In this document: in pieces, positions 1-9,251 of the stretch
Numbering within the stretch: the first letter of the stretch is position 1
Layout of the letters: the number at the start of each line of letters is the position of its first letter
Translations under genes and position numbers: made by a program
Source: a virus
IMG/VR virus record: IMGVR_UViG_3300044977_000034
Span: 14,059 to 78,058 of that record
Strand: one strand, 5' to 3'
Length of the DNA: 64,000 nt
Notes under the pieces: generated by a model
What the model saw: the letters and a program-made list of their open reading frames with translations, nothing else
Databases searched by the model: none
Told to the model about the DNA's origin: nothing

Positions 1-1956
1 CATCATCGCCGCCTGCCCGGTGAGCATTGCGGCCTGCGCTTTCGGGTCCGGCGGCGGGCCTTGCGGCATCGGGTTGAGGAACTGGTCCGGATTCGAGAAC
101 CCGATTCCGCGAATGCACATGCGGCGGATCGTCAGGACGTTGAAGGCGCCCGGTTCGTCCTTAGCCATCTGATACAGGGCCGCATTGCGCAGCATGCGCT
201 GGAGATGCGAGGCCGTATTCGGGTCTGCGCGGGTGACAATCTCGCTGCGATCGAGCGCCTCAAGAAAGACCTCCGAGTCCCAGTTCCAGGCTTGCCGCTT
301 GTTGGCGCGGAAAAACGACTCGGGATCTTCGCGGAAGCGCTCGCACAGGAGTTGAAGCTCGTCGGACTGGGCCGCGCACAACCTCTTGTGCGTCGCCATA
401 AGCGGTTTGATCGCCTGCTCGATGAGCGCGAGCGTCGTGCCGACAGGGGCGTCCTGGCGGCCCTCGCCGACCATGATCTCGGCCGTGCCGCCGAGGCTCT
501 TGCCCTCCTGATTCAGCTGCTGAACGAAGCCCACCCAGACCGCGTCCGGGCTCTTGTAGGGCATGCCCATCGCGACTTGCTGAATCGGTAACCCGCCCGT
601 CTCGACTTCAGCTGAGCCCCCTGGCGGAATACGGAAGATGTTGTTATTCTGTCTAGCGGCTCCCTTGGCAACTAATAAGCCTGGGAAGTTGGCGAACATG
701 CCTGCGTCTACTATCTCTCGCCAAGCCGCCGTGATGCCGTTTGTAATATTGCCAAGTAGATGACTGAGGCCAATAGCATAAAATCCGAACCCACGGATGA
801 ACGGATATTGAACGAAATACGTCTTCGGCAGACACATCTCGTCGTCTTCGTTCCAATTCCTTCGCAAATCGAGGACGGTTCGCGTCTCCTTGTGAATCGC
901 CACCTTATAGGGAACCGCCAAGCCGTCCGGCTCGCCGTCTGTCTCGTGCTCGAACCCCTCAAGGTCCAGCTCGCAGTAGGTTTCGAGGATCTCGTGGTCC
1001 CGGTCGTCCTGCTCCCAGCTATCGAATCGCCGCACGCCTGAGATCTGTTCGCTCTGAAGCTCGGTGGGCGTCTTCTCGATGTACCCAGGCTCGCTGAGTT
1101 CGACGTCGCGATAGGCTCCGCAGAGCTGCATGCGGCGAATCATCGACGGGCGCATGAAAACGCGGTGCGTGATTCGGCCCGCGTCGTAGATCGAGGTCGA
1201 GCTATTGTTTACGATCAGATCGTCGCCGAACACCGCGCGCGAGATAGGCCGCCGGAGGATCGGATCGTGATAAATTTTCTTGAAGACACAACCATCCAGG
1301 CCGACACGCAACAACATCTGATCCGTATCGGGAACCCAAGGTTTATCGGTGACGGTCAGGTAGTGATTGAGGTCATGCTCCAGCGCGTCGGAGAGCGAGT
1401 CGAGGTCTTCAGTCGTCCCCGATGTATCTTCGGCGACTTTTGCAGGGCCGTCGGTGGGACACAATTCAGCGAAGGCATTGGCTCCGAAACGAATCACCGC
1501 TTCCGCCAATAAGGTCGCCCGGATCTGCGACTGACCTTCCAGCGGCGCCGAGCCGTCTGAGCCGTTCGAGCGCATTGCCTCGATACGTAGGCCCATCAGC
1601 TCCATACCGCGAGCGCGCGTGTCGAGCCATTCGCGGCGCGATTCGTTGTCCTGCTCGATGAGCCGGATCAGCTCGTCAGCGATATGGTTGAGCTGGGTTT
1701 CGGGGAGCGCCTCGGCGAGGTTGTCGCCGAACTCCGTGTCTTCTTTCGGGATGCGCCTGGGGCCGACCCAGACCACGACGCCGCCGTCGTCGGTTTCTAT
1801 CTTTGTCGCTTTGTCGTAATCGATGTCGCCGTCGTCGGCGTCGAGGTCGATATCCCGTGGCGCGAATCGGCTCGCTAAGTCGTCCGGGTCATCCAGGCTC
1901 CCGTCAATGGGGCTCGGCGGCAACCTGATGGCGCCGAGTCCCCCCAGTCCAGCCAT
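1..1956 (-). CDS. Portal protein (3' end runs off the window)
   Basis: Frame from ATG at 1956 (MAGLGGLGAIRLPP...FGDNLAEAL...IEQDNESRREW...GCVFKKIYHD) is in phase with the left edge, and no stop was seen in the parts I translated. It is absent from the ORF track, consistent with having no stop in the window. Motifs match P22-like podovirus portals; it lies downstream of terL. Confidence 0.85.
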   Translation of the reverse strand, partial: MAGLGGLGAIRLPPSPIDGSLDDPDDLASRFAPRDIDLDADDGDIDYDKATKIETDDGGVVVWVGPRRIPKEDTEFGDNLAEALPETQLNHIADELIRLIEQDNESRREWLDTRARGMELMGLRIEAMRSNGSDGSAPLEGQSQIRATLLAEAVIRFGANAFAELCPTDGPAKVAEDTSGTTEDLDSLSDALEHDLNHYLTVTDKPWVPDTDQMLLRVGLDGCVFKKIYHDPILRRPISRAVFGDDLIVNNSSTSIYDAGRITHRVFMRPSMIRRMQLCGAYRDVELSEPGYIEKTPTELQSEQISGVRRFDSWEQDDRDHEILETYCELDLEGFEHETDGEPDGLAVPYKVAIHKETRTVLDLRRNWNEDDEMCLPKTYFVQYPFIRGFGFYAIGLSHLLGNITNGITAAWREIVDAGMFANFPGLLVAKGAARQNNNIFRIPPGGSAEVETGGLPIQQVAMGMPYKSPDAVWVGFVQQLNQEGKSLGGTAEIMVGEGRQDAPVGTTLALIEQAIKPLMATHKRLCAAQSDELQLLCERFREDPESFFRANKRQAWNWDSEVFLEALDRSEIVTRADPNTASHLQRMLRNAALYQMAKDEPGAFNVLTIRRMCIRGIGFSNPDQFLNPMPQGPPPDPKAQAAMLTGQAAMM

Positions 1957-1973
1957 GGCGAACCCCAGTCAGA

Positions 1974-2327
1974 TCAGGGTTGCGGATCATCCGCGAGCAC
2001 GAGGTCTTGCTCCAAGACCTGTTTCTCGATGTCCTCGGTGACTGGGTAGCAGATGACCAGGGTATTGTGCAGTCTGAACGCCGCGAACCAGTTTTCCGGT
2101 GGATCGCCCCGTTTCTTGAGCCGGTGACCGGCGCGGAAGAGCTGCGCGGCCTCTTCTGGAGCGACCGTTCTCTCAGGCGGCGCTTCCTCTTCCGGCTGGG
2201 GCTGCTGATCGCGCTGGGCGACGCCGGGTCTGGCGGCTGGGGGCTGCGCCGGGTGGCGCGGGGGCTCATGTCGAGGGGGCGGCGCGGGCCTAGTGGACGC
2301 CGCCGGACGTTGTGGAGACTGTGCCAT
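1974..2327 (-). CDS. Hypothetical protein, Pro-rich N-terminus
   Basis: 117-aa ORF with GAGGA RBS, in the - strand operon. Confidence 0.6.
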   Translation of the reverse strand: MAQSPQRPAASTRPAPPPRHEPPRHPAQPPAARPGVAQRDQQPQPEEEAPPERTVAPEEAAQLFRAGHRLKKRGDPPENWFAAFRLHNTLVICYPVTEDIEKQVLEQDLVLADDPQP

Positions 2328-2381
2328 GGGGTTCCTCGCCTATTGCGGGGCGGGGATTTCGCGCATCGACGGGGAGGTTAG

Positions 2382-2570
2382 TCAAGACGTCCGCTGGACG
2401 TGCAACGCGAACTCCTGGCCACGAAACTTGAAAACGACCACTCCGCCAGCCCTTCCGATGATCTCGACGCCGCTCTGCGCCCGAAGAAGGTCTTCGAGTA
2501 ATGTCCCCCAGTGGGCGAGCCCTTCGTCCGCCGGGGCGGGCGGAGGCGGTTGAGTCGGTTCGTCAGCCAC
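2382..2570 (-). CDS. Hypothetical protein
   Basis: 62-aa ORF overlapping the upstream stop. Confidence 0.55.
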   Translation of the reverse strand: MADEPTQPPPPAPADEGLAHWGTLLEDLLRAQSGVEIIGRAGGVVVFKFRGQEFALHVQRTS

Positions 2571-2790
2571 GGTGCACCTTCGTGTCGGGTCCGATCGGCA
2601 TCAGCTTCGCCATATCCTCTTCAGTCTCGCCAGAGAAGATCATCACGTCGATCGGCAGATCCATCACCTTGCCGTCGATCTTGATGTACGTGTCTCCGGG
2701 CTCGTCAATGAACTTGCCGAGGTTGCCAAAGCTAAGGCCGATCACCAGAAGCTGGCGACCGTCTTCCCCCATTACCGTCGCTTTGATCAT
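2563..2790 (-). CDS. Hypothetical protein (MIKATVMGEDG...)
   Basis: Start reassigned to ATG 2790, giving an ATGA overlap with the upstream gene. Confidence 0.6.
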   Translation of the reverse strand: MIKATVMGEDGRQLLVIGLSFGNLGKFIDEPGDTYIKIDGKVMDLPIDVMIFSGETEEDMAKLMPIGPDTKVHRG

Positions 2791-3020
2791 CGCTTCCGCC
2801 CGAGTGAGGGCGCCTTCGCCGCGCCGCCGATCGCCAGCGGCTTCGCGTGCCTCTGTTTGCGACTCATTTTGCCGCGCTTCACGCCGAGCTTGGTCGGCTG
2901 ATTCGTCCCCTCCTTCAGCTCGCCAGCCTTTTGGAGAGTAGACGTCGCGACGGCCCACGGGTTCACACCGGGGCTCGATTTCTTAATGGCTTTGACCGCC
3001 TTTTCGAGGATGGCTGGCAT
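2787..3020 (-). CDS. Small basic hypothetical protein
   Basis: 77-aa Lys/Arg-rich ORF, tightly packed. Confidence 0.6.
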   Translation of the reverse strand: MPAILEKAVKAIKKSSPGVNPWAVATSTLQKAGELKEGTNQPTKLGVKRGKMSRKQRHAKPLAIGGAAKAPSLGRKR

Positions 3021-3033
3021 CCTTCGGCCTCCT

Positions 3034-3330
3034 TCACTGCGCCTTCCACTTCTTGTCGAGCAACGGCTTGGTGATGAACTCGTTGACCGGGGTCAGCTCC
3101 CGCACCGTCTTGATGAACACCTTCAGCGCATGCTCGCGCATCGCGTCCGTCTCACGCCGTTTCAGCTCTCCGGTCTGCTTGTCCGTGAGGAACATTCCGG
3201 CCAGCCACATGGAAACCAGATCGGCGAGCGCCGCGCTTTGCACGATCTCACTTTTCCCGGCGAGAAGCGGCCGGATCGATTCCATGAGGTCGAGCGCTGC
3301 GGTGGCTTGATCGCTGGTATCGTCGCTCAA
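3034..3330 (-). CDS. Hypothetical protein
   Basis: TTG start overlapping the upstream stop (TTGA). Confidence 0.55.
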   Translation of the reverse strand: MSDDTSDQATAALDLMESIRPLLAGKSEIVQSAALADLVSMWLAGMFLTDKQTGELKRRETDAMREHALKVFIKTVRELTPVNEFITKPLLDKKWKAQ

Positions 3331-3650
3331 TTGACGCCGCCCATCACGCGCCGGACGTGCTCCTGCGCGAAGCGCTCGCACAACGCGGCGAAGAAACAGC
3401 GCGGCGTGAAATACTTGAGGAAGTCGCCGCTCGCGATCTCCTCGTCGCTACAGCAGAGGATGTGCACCGGGCCGTCCTGCACGATCTCGCCGACGCCATT
3501 GATGAAGAACAACCCCTCGCTCGTGACATGGCTGACGCCGAGCGTGACGCCGTGCAACTTGCCGATCTCGGCGGCGATCTTGTCGAGGATCGGCCGCACC
3601 TCAAACGAGCTGCGGACCTTGGCCTGCTGCCGAATCTGATGCTCGCTCAT
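3327..3650 (-). CDS. Hypothetical protein
   Basis: ATGA-coupled ORF (MSEHQIRQQ...). Confidence 0.6.
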   Translation of the reverse strand: MSEHQIRQQAKVRSSFEVRPILDKIAAEIGKLHGVTLGVSHVTSEGLFFINGVGEIVQDGPVHILCCSDEEIASGDFLKYFTPRCFFAALCERFAQEHVRRVMGGVN

Positions 3651-3940
3651 GACAACCAATACTCCGCTTTTTGCTCGACGAGATCGGTCGCGGCCCACTT
3701 AGCGGCGAAGGCTGGATCGTAATCGTGGAGGTTGATCCAGTTGTCCGCCATCGGGCGCGACCAGCCGTGCGCCTCAAGGTCGACGCCGTTGCGGATCGCT
3801 TGATGGAGCCAGCTGGCCGGAACGTAGAGCGGCATGTGCCGCACCAGCGGAATCCGCATGAGCGACTCGACGCGGACGATCGCTGGCGCGGCGACCAGGG
3901 CTGCGAGCCCAGTGATGAATCCGCGTCGGCCGATGATCAT
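3647..3940 (-). CDS. Hypothetical protein with twin-arginine-like N-terminus
   Basis: N-terminus MIIGRRGFITGLAALVAAPA; ATGA coupling. Confidence 0.6.
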   Translation of the reverse strand: MIIGRRGFITGLAALVAAPAIVRVESLMRIPLVRHMPLYVPASWLHQAIRNGVDLEAHGWSRPMADNWINLHDYDPAFAAKWAATDLVEQKAEYWLS

Positions 3941-4212
3941 GGGGTTCGAGCCTTCTCGATCTGCTGGTAGCGGAGAAGCATACCCGCGCGGAACGCCCGG
4001 ACGGCAAAGTCATCAAGAAATTTGCCCGCCGTGATCTCCTCCAAGGTCGTCGCGATAACTTCTTCCCCGTCATTCGTGACCGGCTCGCCGTCGATGTCGA
4101 CGAAGATCAGCCGATCGCCGTTTTTAACAACCTCGACATCGATCCCGACAACCCGGCCGATCGCCCGCGCCATGCGGGTCAGCCGTTCCGCAACTTCATC
4201 AAGTTCTGCCAT
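3937..4212 (-). CDS. Hypothetical protein
   Basis: GGAGG RBS, first gene of the leftward unit. Confidence 0.65.
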   Translation of the reverse strand: MAELDEVAERLTRMARAIGRVVGIDVEVVKNGDRLIFVDIDGEPVTNDGEEVIATTLEEITAGKFLDDFAVRAFRAGMLLRYQQIEKARTP

Positions 4213-4305
4213 GTTTCCTCCAAAAAAGGCGGGCGGGCCCCATCCGCGAGCGTTGGGGGGCTTAACCGCTTAGGGAGCCGCCCGGTGAGACGGGAGTCTC
4301 ACAAT

Positions 4306-4360
4306 TTGCACGATACGCGAGTTCGCAGAACTTGCAAACCGTGTCTCGCTATGTTATAAT
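4306..4360. promoter_or_regulatory. Divergent sigma70-type promoters sharing a palindromic -35, with operator-like sites
   Basis: + strand: TTGCAA(4332-37)-17-TATAAT(4355-60) with extended -10 TG. - strand: TTGCAA-16-TATCGT(4315-10). TCGCA-N5-TGCAA at 4323-37. Confidence 0.75.
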
Positions 4361-4402
4361 TACCGGGACGGGCGGCCTATCGCCCGAATCAAGGAGTCGA
4401 AT

Positions 4403-4921
4403 ATGAAAACGAAAACCTTCGATCGCCCGATCGTTGACTTGCAAGCGGCCCGCAAGGCCGCCGCCGAGCGCTTCTACGCCATCGGCATGGCGTGTCTGCC
4501 GGAAGGCTGGACCTACACCTTCCGCAAGGCGCTGAGCGGCCGAGCCTTCCTCGAATTGAAGCGCATCGAGGCGCCGAAGCCGGTGACCCGCAAGGCGCTC
4601 TACATCTGGCTGCATGAGTGCGCGCACGCTCACCTCCACGTCGGATCGCGCAAGACGCGGCACGTCGAGGAGATGGAGGCCGAGAAATGGGCGCATGAGA
4701 AGATGCGCGAACACGGCGTCCCGGTGCCGAAGGCGATGACCAAGCGCGCCAAGCGCTACGTCGCCCACAAGATCAAGCAGGCCCAGGTGCGCGGCGCGAA
4801 GAAGATCGACGCGGAGGCCAAGGCCTTCGCCGAGGGGTCATACGCCAAGGCCAAGGCCGGATCGCGAGGTCCCATCCTGCTGGAACGGCTGCTGAACGGG
4901 ATGTTCAACCGCCGCCGCTAA
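4403..4921 (+). CDS. Zincin-like (HEXXH) metallopeptidase domain protein, ImmA/IrrE- or SprT-like
   Basis: WLHECAHAHLH...EMEAE motif; GGAGTCGAA RBS. Confidence 0.65.
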   Translation: MKTKTFDRPIVDLQAARKAAAERFYAIGMACLPEGWTYTFRKALSGRAFLELKRIEAPKPVTRKALYIWLHECAHAHLHVGSRKTRHVEEMEAEKWAHEKMREHGVPVPKAMTKRAKRYVAHKIKQAQVRGAKKIDAEAKAFAEGSYAKAKAGSRGPILLERLLNGMFNRRR

Positions 4922-5005
4922 ACGAAAAGGCCGCCGCGCTGCGGATGCGCGGCGGCCCCCGTCTCGCCCACAGAAAGGGACTGGAGGTCCCAACAGGAGT
5001 CTACC

Positions 5006-5653
5006 ATGAAACACGCCGTCGCCTACTTCAGAACCAGCTCAGCCACCAACGTCGGCCAGGACAAGGATTCGCTCGCCCGCCAGGAGAGCGCCGTCCGCAG
5101 CTACGCCGCGCGCAACGACATCGAGATCGTCGGCGAATATTACGACGCGGCGGTCAGCGGCGCCGATCCGGTCACGCAGCGCGAGGGATTCAGCCTCATG
5201 CTCCAGCGCATCGCCAGCAACGGCGTGCGGACAATCCTCGTCGAGACAGCGAATCGCTTCGCCCGCGACCTGATGGTGCAGGAGACTGGCTGGAAGATGC
5301 TTCAGGATCTCGGCGTCGAGCTGGTCGCCGTCGATTCGCCCATGAGTTTCGTCGAGGACACGCCGACGGCGAATATGGTCCGGCAGATCCTGGGCGCGGT
5401 GGCCGAGTTCGATAAGGCGCTGACGGTCGCCAAGCTCCGGGGCGCGCGCGAGCGCATGAAGGCCAAGACCGGCAAGTGCGAGGGGCGGAAGAGCTGGGCC
5501 GAGATGGACCCGGCGATGGTCGCGATGGCGCGCGAGCTGCGCCGGTCCGGCAAATCGCTAAACGCGGTGCGCGTAGCCCTGGCGAACCTGGGCTATGTCT
5601 CCGCGAGCGGGACGCCGTTCACGCGATCGGTCGTTTCTCGGATGACCGACTGA
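5006..5653 (+). CDS. Small serine recombinase (resolvase/invertase family)
   Basis: AYFRTSS catalytic motif, DAAVSGA, R.G, ANRFARD, ILGAVAEF and a C-terminal helical DNA-binding region. Confidence 0.9.
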   Translation: MKHAVAYFRTSSATNVGQDKDSLARQESAVRSYAARNDIEIVGEYYDAAVSGADPVTQREGFSLMLQRIASNGVRTILVETANRFARDLMVQETGWKMLQDLGVELVAVDSPMSFVEDTPTANMVRQILGAVAEFDKALTVAKLRGARERMKAKTGKCEGRKSWAEMDPAMVAMARELRRSGKSLNAVRVALANLGYVSASGTPFTRSVVSRMTD

Positions 5654-5760
5654 AACAAAACTTGCAAAAAAATGGTTGACAGCAACGCCAACCCATCGAA
5701 ATATGCGCCTGCGGCGTTCGTGGTGGAACGCCGCAGGCCTAAAAGTGATGGAGAAGCGTT

Positions 5761-7092
5761 ATGAGTATTTCTGCGACTGATAAGCTACGCCTTTTGGACA
5801 ACGTAGACCAGCCTCCCGGCCTCAACGTCGAGATCGTCGACAAATTCGAGGCCCTCCAACCCGGCAAGGCGACTCTGAACAAGGCCCAAACGGCCCTGTT
5901 CGGCTCGGCCTTCCTGCAAGGGCGCAGGCTGCAATTCACGACCTCGATGCCGCTCGGCGATTACCTCAATGTCGTCAGCATGCACCGCGCCGCCAAGGGC
6001 GCGACCGTCGAGGAACTGCGGACCGCCTCCAACCGGACCAAGATCGCCGCGCACGAAAAGGCGATTCGGGAATATCTGGCCGACACTGCGTTCGTCAGCG
6101 AGAAATTCATCTTCCCGAATTTCATGCTGAACTACGGCAGCGCGTGGGACGAGGGCATGCCCAAGGCCAAGCTGACCTTGCTGGCGACCGATCCGGAAAC
6201 CCTGGCGTGGCCAGCGGTCTTTGAGACGGCGACCGGAACCAAGATGCCGGTCACCGACGGCGCGCACCGCACCGGAAGCCTGATCGAGCTGATCGCGAAG
6301 CATCAGAACAAGGCGGGCATCGGCGCGCTTCTCAGCAACTCAGTCGGGCTGACGATTGTCATGGAGGCATCGAAGGACGATGCCCACCAAGACTTCGCCG
6401 ATTGCGGTCGCGCGAAGCCGATCGCGGACAGCGTTCTGGCGACCTTCGACATGCGCAATCAGGTCGTCGCCTTCGCGCGCGATCTGGTGGGCTCAAGCCC
6501 GTTCTTGAGTCGGCATGTCGATGCGACGAGCGCCTCGGTCAACCTGTCGAGCAACTCGACCAAGGTCTGGTCGATGTCGGCGGTGCGCGGCTATCTCATG
6601 GCGGCGATTCCCACGGACAAGCCGTTCCTCGACATGACGGCGGCCGAGCGCGCGGCGGTCTTGCACGAGCATAAGAAGCCGCTGGCGGAGTACATGCACG
6701 CGGTCGTCGAAGGCGTGCCGATCCTCACCGATCTGGCGTCGGAGAAGCCCGACCAGACGCCGGGGGCCTTGCGCAAGCAGCGCGGCGGCTGCGTTCTCAT
6801 GCGCGGCGCCGGATTCGGCGTCCTCATGCGGGCCTACCGGCACGGCCCCGGCAAGACCGGAACGGCGAACGGCGCGATCGCGGCGGCGGTCGAGAAGCTG
6901 GCGGCGGTCGACTGGTTTGTGTTCAAGCCTGGAGTCGGCCAGCAGCCGCTGATGGACGGAGACGCCTACGGCTGGCTCAAGGAGAACGTGCAGCCAGCTT
7001 GGTTTGAAATGATCGCGGTCGATCCCGGCAAAGGCTCGTATCGGCTCAAGGGGACGAACGCTATGATCGACGCCGCGTTCGCCGCCCTCTAA
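5761..7092 (+). CDS. DGQHR/DndB-like domain protein
   Basis: FIFPNFMLN, VTDGAHR, 'HQDFADC..AKPI' motifs typical of the DGQHR/DndB family. Confidence 0.75.
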   Translation: MSISATDKLRLLDNVDQPPGLNVEIVDKFEALQPGKATLNKAQTALFGSAFLQGRRLQFTTSMPLGDYLNVVSMHRAAKGATVEELRTASNRTKIAAHEKAIREYLADTAFVSEKFIFPNFMLNYGSAWDEGMPKAKLTLLATDPETLAWPAVFETATGTKMPVTDGAHRTGSLIELIAKHQNKAGIGALLSNSVGLTIVMEASKDDAHQDFADCGRAKPIADSVLATFDMRNQVVAFARDLVGSSPFLSRHVDATSASVNLSSNSTKVWSMSAVRGYLMAAIPTDKPFLDMTAAERAAVLHEHKKPLAEYMHAVVEGVPILTDLASEKPDQTPGALRKQRGGCVLMRGAGFGVLMRAYRHGPGKTGTANGAIAAAVEKLAAVDWFVFKPGVGQQPLMDGDAYGWLKENVQPAWFEMIAVDPGKGSYRLKGTNAMIDAAFAAL

Positions 7093-7127
7093 CGGCAAGG
7101 GCGCGAGGGCAACCTCGCGCCCGCTCC

Positions 7128-8150
7128 ATGATCGTCCGCCTCACCCATATCGACGGCAAACTGCCGAATCTGGCTTTGATGAAAATCGCCGCCGAGCATC
7201 GCCGCCGGGGCGATACCATCGTTTTCACCAAGGACGTTGAGCGCGGCATGTTCGAGGCCGCTTACGATCGCGTCTACGGTTCAGCCATCTTCGCCTACGA
7301 CCACTCGCTCGCCCGCGTCGAGCGGTTCAAGGCCGCCTTCCCCGACGCCATCCTCGGCGGCACCCATAACCGAGCCAAGCCGATCACCGTCGAGGCGGTC
7401 CTCGGGATCAGCGAGACGGCGCCGGTCGACTATTCGATCTACCCCAAGTTCGACGGCTCCATCGGCTTCACCCAGCGCGGCTGTCGGCTGAAATGCGGCT
7501 TCTGCGTCGTGCCGAAGAAAGAGGGCAAGAACCGCACGATCGCGACGATCTTCGATATCTGGCGCGGGCACGGCCATCCGAAGCATCTGCACCTCCTCGA
7601 CAACGATTTCTTCGGCCAGCCGCGCGACCAGTGGGAGGCGCGAATCGATGAGATCCAGCGGGGCAACTTCATGGTCTGCCTCAACCAGGGCATCAATGTC
7701 CGGATGATCGACGACGTCTCGGCCGCCGCGCTCGCCTCAATCCATTATTGCGACGACAGCTTCACCCGGCGACGGCTCTACACCGCCTGGGACAGCCTGG
7801 GCGACGAGGAGCGGTTCTTCTCCGGCGTCAACACGCTGGAGAAGCACGGCGTGCCGCCGAGCAACCTTCTGGTCTACATGCTGGTCGGCTACGACAAGCG
7901 CGAGACCTGGGAGCGCGTCCTCTATCGCTTCGACAAAATGGTCGCGCGCGGCATCCGGCCCTATCCGATGATCTTCGGCGACCGGCGCCGCAAGCTGCCG
8001 CTGGGCGGCACCAACCAGCGGCTCGACGAACGCACGCTTTCCGAGTTCCAGCGCTGGGCCGTCGGCCGGTTCTACAACGTCTCTTCATTCGAGAACTACG
8101 ACGCGAGCAAGCGCGGCCCGACCGCGACCGACCAGATGAGCCTGTTCTGA
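7128..8150 (+). CDS. Radical SAM protein
   Basis: TQRGCRLKCGFC (CxxxCxxC), LLDNDFF, N-terminal PNLALMKI. Confidence 0.9.
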   Translation: MIVRLTHIDGKLPNLALMKIAAEHRRRGDTIVFTKDVERGMFEAAYDRVYGSAIFAYDHSLARVERFKAAFPDAILGGTHNRAKPITVEAVLGISETAPVDYSIYPKFDGSIGFTQRGCRLKCGFCVVPKKEGKNRTIATIFDIWRGHGHPKHLHLLDNDFFGQPRDQWEARIDEIQRGNFMVCLNQGINVRMIDDVSAAALASIHYCDDSFTRRRLYTAWDSLGDEERFFSGVNTLEKHGVPPSNLLVYMLVGYDKRETWERVLYRFDKMVARGIRPYPMIFGDRRRKLPLGGTNQRLDERTLSEFQRWAVGRFYNVSSFENYDASKRGPTATDQMSLF

Positions 8151-8419
8151 TGCCTGGATTCTGGATGTTCGAGACGAGCGGCGTCCTGCGGCCCGCGATC
8201 GAGGCCTATCTGTTCACGCGCGGGCCGCTGACCGACAAACAGGTCGCGGCGATCAGAGTTTACCTTCGCCAGTGGATCGCCGGACCCTGGCACGCCGCCC
8301 CAGGCGCCGAGGCGCGCGTGCTCGAACGGCTGCGCAGCATGGTCGACCAGCTCGACGACCGGGCGAAGATCGACATCTGGCTGATGCAGGCGAACAGCAT
8401 CGATATCGATCCGCTCTAG
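8150..8419 (+). CDS. Hypothetical protein (MPGFWMFETSG...)
   Basis: TGATG coupling to the radical SAM gene. Confidence 0.65.
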   Translation: MPGFWMFETSGVLRPAIEAYLFTRGPLTDKQVAAIRVYLRQWIAGPWHAAPGAEARVLERLRSMVDQLDDRAKIDIWLMQANSIDIDPL

Positions 8420-8895
8420 CCGCCAAGCTTGACGAATTTCACCAGATCCAGCGGGCACGCGAAATTGCTCTCGACGTTGCCGGTATTACTGACCGGGCAC
8501 GTTCTGATGTACCACTCGTCCGAGGTGCGCTCCTCCACGATCGCGGCTGCGCCCAGGTCGTCGCTCACGCTCACCCAGGCGAAGACGTCACCGATCGCGC
8601 GCCGAACCGAATCCACGCTGGCGACGAAGACCTCGCGGTAGGGCCAATCCCTCCGGCCGGTGAAGGTCACCCCGAGCGTCTTGACCTCGATTCGGAGCCT
8701 CGGGCCGCCCTCTTCCCAGGCGAACACGTCGCCGTTGTCGCGGTAGTTCCTGTGCTCAGCCGCCGTCGGCGCCTCTCGGAGCGGCGGAATCGTGACCCAG
8801 TAGCCTTGCGAACTGAGCCAATAGGCGAAGGCCCACTGCCCACGCTTCGACCCGCGCAATCGGTCGAGGAATTTCGCATGTTGGCTGGTGCCCAA
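8416..8895 (-). CDS. Putative PD-(D/E)XK nuclease-like protein
   Basis: DNGD...IEVK motif; the annotated TTG start lies inside the tRNA 3' end. Confidence 0.55.
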   Translation of the reverse strand: MGTSQHAKFLDRLRGSKRGQWAFAYWLSSQGYWVTIPPLREAPTAAEHRNYRDNGDVFAWEEGGPRLRIEVKTLGVTFTGRRDWPYREVFVASVDSVRRAIGDVFAWVSVSDDLGAAAIVEERTSDEWYIRTCPVSNTGNVESNFACPLDLVKFVKLGG

Positions 8896-8961
8896 GGAAG
8901 GGATCGAACCTCCGACGCCCGCGCCTTCAACGCGGCGCTCTACCAGCTGAGCTACCTGGGC
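8886..8961 (-). tRNA. tRNA-Phe (GAA)
   Basis: 76-nt cloverleaf: GCCCAGG/CTTGGGC acceptor, GCTC/GAGC D-stem, CCGCG-TTGAAGG-CGCGG anticodon arm, GGAGG-TTCGATC-CCTTC T-arm, encoded CCA. Confidence 0.95.
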
Positions 8962-9251
8962 ATCGCGGGAGCCTCCGGGGTTGTGGATGCAGACGTCGTC
9001 CCGGCCGAGCCGTCACTCGTATCTGCGCACGCCCCGGAGGCCCGTAGGCCCGCTTTCTCGAACTCCCAAATGATCCCCAGCCCACCATCCAGCTGATCGA
9101 TCGCCCGACAGATCAAAACCCGCGACTCGACCGTCCGCCCCGACGCCAGCTCGAACTGCGCGTGCTCGACCATCCGCACCGCAAAGCTGACGCGCAGATT
9201 CACCCGCTCGTTCAAAACTTGCAAGCGCCGCTTGGCCAGCCGGTCAATCAT
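8952..9251 (-). CDS. Hypothetical protein
   Basis: MIDRLAKRR...; its stop codon falls inside the tRNA 5' end. Confidence 0.45.
   Translation of the reverse strand: MIDRLAKRRLQVLNERVNLRVSFAVRMVEHAQFELASGRTVESRVLICRAIDQLDGGLGIIWEFEKAGLRASGACADTSDGSAGTTSASTTPEAPAMPR

Noticed and set aside
4922-4992. Fourth hammerhead (CGAAA-hairpin-GTC)
   Set aside because: No CUGANGA core or stem I; better read as a hairpin or - strand terminator
5006-5653. Serine recombinase as the phage integrase or a tail-fibre invertase
   Set aside because: At 215 aa it lacks the large-serine-integrase domains, and I found no inverted crossover sites around the fibre genes
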